A DNA stretch of 54,504 bases, the filler included, from Basidioascus undulatus (lineage: Eukaryota), in assembly GCA_000826855.1 (NCBI GenBank). It is 3 parts of 3 records of this genome, joined end to end, with 100 filler letters (N's around TTAATTAATTAA, not from the genome) between each part and the next. Parts side by side here need not be neighbours in the genome. Positions count along the whole stretch, not along the records: positions 36,407 to 54,504 come from JTLS01000486.1; 2 more parts are not named here. One strand, given 5' to 3'. The notes below the pieces were generated by a model. The model was given only the letters and a program-made list of their open reading frames with translations. It had not been told where the DNA came from and searched no databases. Each line of letters opens with the position of its first letter. Position 1 is the first letter of the stretch. Positions 48,857 through 54,504 of the stretch are shown in pieces. The translations under genes and the position numbers were made by a program.

Positions 48857-50544
48857 AATATTACGATTCACTCATTTTTCGTACTGTCGGCGGTCTGGAG
48901 CGACTACACATAAGGAAGCATGCTTGCGTGATGGCATCAAAGGTCCTGTCTCGCGTCGTCGGTTTATTCAGGATATTCCATTTTCTTTCACGTTTTTTGT
49001 GTTGAAAGCCGAATATTCTGAGAGCTTTCAAAGTTGCTTTAAGAAATTTTGGTAAGGGAAAGAGATAGGAACGACCTGTGCTTCCTGGAGCCATAATAAT
49101 CAGCTGAAGCTGAGCGGCCCCTCTGGCCGTTCTCCCCGGGCGCCAGCTGATCGATTCAAGGCTAGAGAGCGAGAAGAGCGTGGACGGGGGCAGGTGAGAG
49201 ACGATGTCGACAGCCTGATCGGCAAGCGCGATGTGTTGCAAGGGCAGGTAGTGAAGGATCGAAAAGGGGAGCTCGGGCAAAGCAGCCTCCGTGGGCTCTT
49301 CGAGGACCGTCCCGCTTCGCCACATTCGACCGGGAACGGAGAGATGCAGAGTGTGAAGTGGGAAGAGGCTCAGGTAACCTGCGAAGAGTGGAACGTGAGG
49401 CGGCGGCGGAGGGCAGTCGGGCCTGAGCCGACGAAGGGTAGGCGGTTCGATGTCGAGGTCGGTGACTTTCATCCTCAGGGATCTGGAAGGTGGAAGTTAA
49501 GCACTTATATGAGAACTCCAACGTCTGACGCACGGGATAAACTCTGGCGTAAGCCCCAGCTCCTCCGTCTTCGCGTCGCGTCCAATGGGCCCCTCTATGT
49601 CGAGCTTGAGCCTAACACCGTATCCCACACACACATTATCTGCCAGATGGCCTCATGACCTGAAGCGCAAATCGAACCTACGTGTGTCTGTACGCGTCGT
49701 CCTTCACAATCTCAAACGTGGAGCGACTGACGGCGAGGAACGGCAAAAGATCGACCGCGCTTCGCTCGACGGTGCCATTCTCCCGCGTTGCGTGCCCAAT
49801 CGGCTAAGATTGAGAGGACCTGTAGAGTCCGATCCGTAGGTGAATGGTCCATGGTGGACGTGGGAGAGGGATAGCGTCTGCTTGAGGCGGCGGAAATCTG
49901 GTGCATTTTCGTTCCGCGCATGCTTCACATATACTTATGTACAGATATATACCAGTAGGAACGATAACATGAGGTCCGAGTTGGGCGGCTCGTACCACGA
50001 GGAAGAAGTCCCCGAGGGCTTATGGAACGAGCTGTACGTTCGCTGATACGCATTGATCTCAATCTATGTCCCCTTAGCCGATCTAACAACCTCGAGGCGC
50101 CGCCTTTCCCAGCACTGGGCCTATGGAATACGTTCCCAGCCATCTCCGCGCCGTGGGCTCAGCCGCATCCTCGCGCTCAACTTCCTCCTCACGGTCATCA
50201 CCGACCTTCTCCAGGACGCCGTTCCTCCGACCGAGCGCGCAATGAAGCGCTACCTCTTCTCGCACAGCCAGCGCATGCCCCCCTTCCCGCCGACGTCGGA
50301 CCGTGCGCGTGCGGTCCGCGCTGCAGATCGTGGGCCGAGGGCTGTCGGTCATGCTCGTCGTCGATTGGCTCTTGAAAATCGCGGAGATCGGCCCCGAGGA
50401 CCCCGACGGAATCAAGCAGGAAAGGAAGATCCCGAAGTGCTGGGCACGATGATCGATGGGAGGACCTGAAAAAGATATGGCTGCCCGAGGGCTACAGCAG
50501 CGGGACGCCGCTTCCGGAGAGGGACGACGAATGTCCGGCGAAGA

Positions 50545-50650
50545 GCCGGATGAGAGCGAGGGCGACGAGGAGCAGTTGCCGGATGAGACCGACAGCGACG
50601 AGAGGCAATTGCCGGATGAGAGCGAGGGCGACGAACAACAGTTGCCCGAG
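50545..50650 (+). repeat. 33-bp tandem repeat x3.2 encoding acidic PDESEGDEEQL-like units
   Basis: Units start at 50545, 50578 and 50611 and read PDESEGDEEQL / PDETDSDERQL / PDESEGDEQQL. Confidence 0.85.
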
Positions 50651-51045
50651 GCAGAGCGAGGATCTTGTTGAGGGGCGCAGAGGACGGGAAGACAGCGAAG
50701 GGGATGGTGTGCAGCCTGTAAAGCGTCAACGTGCGTGTTTAATTTTAATCAGCGGCATAAAGATGTGCGCCTGTCTCCTTGCGGCTGAGCGTGACCTGCA
50801 GCTGAATAAGGACTGCGATCGAGGTCAATAAACGAACAGGAGCACGCTGACGGATGCTGGTAGTAGTACAAATGCATAAGTGGTGAGCCGTCGTGAAATG
50901 CGCTGTATCTAGTCAAATGCCAAAACTCCCATCGCAACCTCTCCGGAGCCAAGAGCAAGAGCGTAAAGGCCACCCTGGCTGCCCTGGACCTCTCCCTATC
51001 CTCTCCCTATCCTCCCGCTGCTCCTCGGACCCTCTGATCATAGGC

Positions 51046-52027
51046 CTACTGCGCCTGCTTCTGGTGCCGCGTCGCCGCCTCCTGCTCGGCAACCTGTGAG
51101 GTAAGACGACGTTACGGTGAGCGGTTAGAATATCGGGCGGGACGAGGATGGGTTGGAGTGGACGCACAATAGCCTTCCACGCATTGCCCGGGTCCTGACG
51201 CTGCTCGCGTTCGTCGTCCCCGTCGAACTTGAGCTCAGACAAGCCGGCAGAGGCGAGCAGGACAGCGATCGTCTAAAAGGATGGCCGATGACAGGCGAAG
51301 ATGGGGACGGGGAATGGGGAAACGGGGATAAGCGGTGGTCCAACGTGGGGAGGCGGCGTGGCAAGAAATCGACAACGTACCAAACCCTGCGCCCACATAC
51401 GGCACTGCACCAACTTCTGCGAGAACGTCTGGGTATGACGGTTGCGGGCGAAGATGATCGCCGCGGAGCCGGCCATACCGCCGAGCCAGCTGGCAGCGAC
51501 GATGCCGTACCGGTGCTCCTTCGCCCAGCGGAGCACCTTGTCGGTCATGGTGAGGTTCTCCCAGCCCTGCTCGCGCGCAGCCTCCTGCTGGTGGAGCAGC
51601 TCCACGGACGGCCCGGACCACTGCTCGCGCATGTGCCGCTCGTACGCGAGTTCGGCGTTCGTCGCGCCGAAGAGAAGCGTGCCGACGAGCATGATCCACC
51701 CCTTCTGCACAGGCGGCAGGCTCCGCACTTGCGGGTAGCGCCGCGACGCGAGCCAGAGCCCGGCACCGGTCCTGTTGATGGGAGGGCGGTGGGGACCTGT
51801 CGATGAGAAGAGCGTGGGACATGGATGATGGAAGGGAAGACGACGCACAAAGAAGCACCGAGCGCAGAACCCTTCAGACCACCAATAGCGGTTGCACGCC
51901 CCGACTCCTCGATCTGCTCCTTGGAGATGAGCTGCTCGCGTGCACGCCGCACATAAGTCGCAGGGACGATCGTGAGCTCGTCACCTCTTGTACCCCACAC
52001 TCCATCCAAGCGTGGACTTGCCTTCAT
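51046..52027 (-). CDS. RCF2: Respiratory supercomplex factor 2 (HIG1 domain)
   Basis: MK|LISKEQIEE...GGLKG, WAKEHRYGIVAASW, QKLVQCRMWAQGL|TIAVLLASA; TAG at 51046-51048. Confidence 0.9.
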
Positions 52028-52754
52028 GACGTGTTATATAAGGAAATGTGAGTAAGATAAAGACGGTAGGAGATGTGGGTGTGCAGGCAAAAGTGTAAGT
52101 GTGAGTGCCACTAGGCGATGATGGAGAGAAGGGAAGACCTCCAAACCGTGAGCTCAGCGATGATCTCGCGAACGCCCGTCAGCCTCGGGCGGACTCGGCG
52201 GTGGCGGACTCTCTCGGCCGCGCGTCATGGAAACCCAGATGATCTTCCCTTGTCAGTCAGACTTGACAGCTGCTTGACATAGCAGCTACAGGGAAGAAAC
52301 ACACAGATTCACAATGCTCAGTAAATAGATAATGTATGCAGAGACCAAGACGGAGAAAATTCTGGTAGCATGTTGCCCAAGAGCTGCCTGGTTGTACCAG
52401 ACAGTCGTCCTGGCGTGATCTCGCAGCCAGCTCTCCCGGGCGTTTGGCTATTAGCCGACTACCGACGAGACCACCGACGCGTCAGTTGCAGTGCAACGCG
52501 GCTTGCAAGGGCATTCAGTCATTCTCATCAACAAGGCCTTTCAAACGATTCGAATTGCACATCCTAGCCCTGTAGAAGCCAGTAATTCACTTTGCCAGAA
52601 CAGTATATCGAGGCGAAGATGCGTAACGGTCATCAAAAACATTGCGGTTGACGTCGTCCACCCGAAAAAGCCAGAAAACCAAGACGGACGGAACCATGCT
52701 GCTGCGCGAAGAACAAGAACAAAGAAGAAAGTGGCGTGAGGATATGAAAGAAGT

Positions 52755-54504
52755 CTAGGCGATGATGCTGCGCTTGACGGTCTCAATCTTCTCCGCGCCC
52801 TTGCGGACGTAGACGAGGAGGTACGCGGCCTCGGTGAAGACCTCGCGCTCGTTGACCTCGGTCACGTACGAGTCGTTGTACTTGAACCACTTGTCCGGGT
52901 GGTCGGGGAGCGCGCGCGCGCAAAGCCAGTAGTGGCCGAATGTCGCATCGCCTAGTCGCCCATGCTCCCGCCTGTCAGCACCGGTCCATGGAGCCAAAAA
53001 GTCTAGCAGTGAGTCTACGCACCCCGATGCATGAATACCGACGCGAGCTCGTACTCGTCCTGCTCGTCCTCAGCCCACAGCGCCTCGAGCTCGGCCTTGC
53101 TGACCTTGATTGACTGCTCGAGCGCGTGCGCGTCGATCCGGAGCGCCTCCGCTTCGGACTTGAGCGTCTCGACGAGCTCCGTGTCGAGGTCGGCCGTGAT
53201 TTCCGCAAAGCCCGGGCTGCCGAGCAGGGTGGCCGTCTCGTCGAGGGTGACGTCGAGAGGAGTGCCAGGAACCTGTGCAGAGAGGATGATTAGTTTCGGA
53301 TCGAAGCTATGGCCTCGAGCACACTGAACCGCACCTTAGGCCCCTTGATCTCCCTCAGGCGCTCGCGCTCGCGCTCCATCTTCGCCTTGAGCCGCTTGCT
53401 CTTCTCGCGCTTCTCGCCGCGCGCGACGTCCGTGCCCGGATCGACGTAGCGGTCCATCTTGAGCGAGCGGTCGAACCTGACGAGCGCGTTGCTCTTGAAC
53501 GCGCGCGCGACGGTCCGGTCATATTGCACGCGCTATTCAATCGCAATGCACACCCAGGTCAATCTCCGATCCGATGTACAGCCTCCCGCCGGCGCAGAGC
53601 CCCCGACGCACCTGAAGCTGGATCTGCAAAATGGGCGGAAGCTGCACGGCGGTGACGTCCCTCTGCGCGGCGCGGCCCTCGATCTCGACGGGCCCGCCCT
53701 CGAACGCGGTGTCGAGGACGTCATATAGGTCGCGGTCAGGCGTCTCGTCGACGTACGCGACGATGTGCCCGAAGACCTCGTCCTTGTCGTGCACCGACGA
53801 GCGCCCCTTCCCGCCGTTGCCCGATCCCGTCACAGGCTCGTCGAACCGCAGGCGCTGGCGCGTCTTGCCGAAGAAGAGGCTGCGAGACGGAAAATGCATA
53901 AGCGAATGAAGGACGGCGGACGAGCGACGGATGGACGTACCGCTGGATGAGGTTCCCCTCCTCGCCGGGCTGAGCAGGAAGCTTGAGCGGGTCGAGCGCA
54001 GCCTGCATCTGGAAGAGCATGTCTGGCGGCCCCCCCCCCCAAAAAAGATACGTCAACCACGCCTCTCCAAAGTTATCCACCAAATCAATACGCACTGTCC
54101 ATGCACTGCTCGCAGGAAAGCAATCAGCATCTCTCCCTCGTCCGCATCTGCGTGCAGAATCCAAAGCAAACGCACCTCCGACACATCATGCTGCTTGCCA
54201 AACATCATCCCGCCCGTGCCCTGCGGGCGCTCGACCTTTTTCGGCTTCCTTGGCGGCAGGGGCGGTGGCTCTATCTTCTGCTTCTCCGCCTCCCCTTGCG
54301 CCTCAGCCTCCCCATTCTCCCTCCCCGCCCGCTCCGTCCCATCCACCATCTCCGCATCCTCGCCCTCGCCCTCCGTCTTCTGCTGCCCCTGCCCCTGCTG
54401 AACTGGCTTGTCGACGAGCACAAAGTCGTCCGGTTCCACCTGGACCGGCACGGGCGGCTCGGGCGGGTCGACCTCCATCTCCCCCGCCGACGCCGGCGCA
54501 GGCG
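52755..54504 (-). CDS. UBP2: Ubiquitin C-terminal hydrolase (C19/USP), UBP2-like, 5'-partial
   Basis: MMFGKQHDVSE, LPPILQIQLQRVQYDR, His box YELASVFMHRG..GHYW, WFKYNDSYV, AYLLVYVRK; TAG at 52755-52757. Confidence 0.9.

Noticed and set aside
44707..50650. Short tandem repeats as CRISPR-like arrays
   Set aside because: Units are directly adjacent with no unique spacers, the context is eukaryotic and there are no cas genes.

Overview
GC-rich, intron-dense fungal genomic DNA; gene content and splice style suggest a basidiomycete (inference). The window is three contigs joined by artificial 100-nt spacers (44 N + TTAATTAATTAA + 44 N) at 18109-18208 and 36307-36406, so adjacency across them is not evidence. 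Apparently intact conserved genes: chitin synthase (5'-partial), HUL4-like HECT E3, CYC2-like flavoreductase, inositol polyphosphate multikinase, LACTB2-like metallo-beta-lactamase, CCDC124/Lso2, TPR/Mlp1 (3'-partial), secreted GH37 trehalase, TGL2-like lipase, GGTase-I beta, CsbD-like protein, RCF2 and UBP2 (5'-partial). There are also tRNA-Asp(GTC) and tRNA-Thr(AGT) genes. Between these lie decaying accessory genes: a DUF3669 relic, an NmrA-like pseudogene, a GliT-type dithiol oxidase pseudogene and two MYND-finger relics. I found no convincing new multi-gene system, CRISPR array or transposon. The most notable signals are: the trehalase signature motif built from 7/3/7-nt micro-exons; a prion-like SYG-repeat protein that grew by exon+intron duplication and whose ATG appears split by a GC-AG intron; a tRNA-Thr with U1:A72; and gene decay confined to accessory genes. 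Gene models were spliced by eye and family names come from motif recognition, not database searches.
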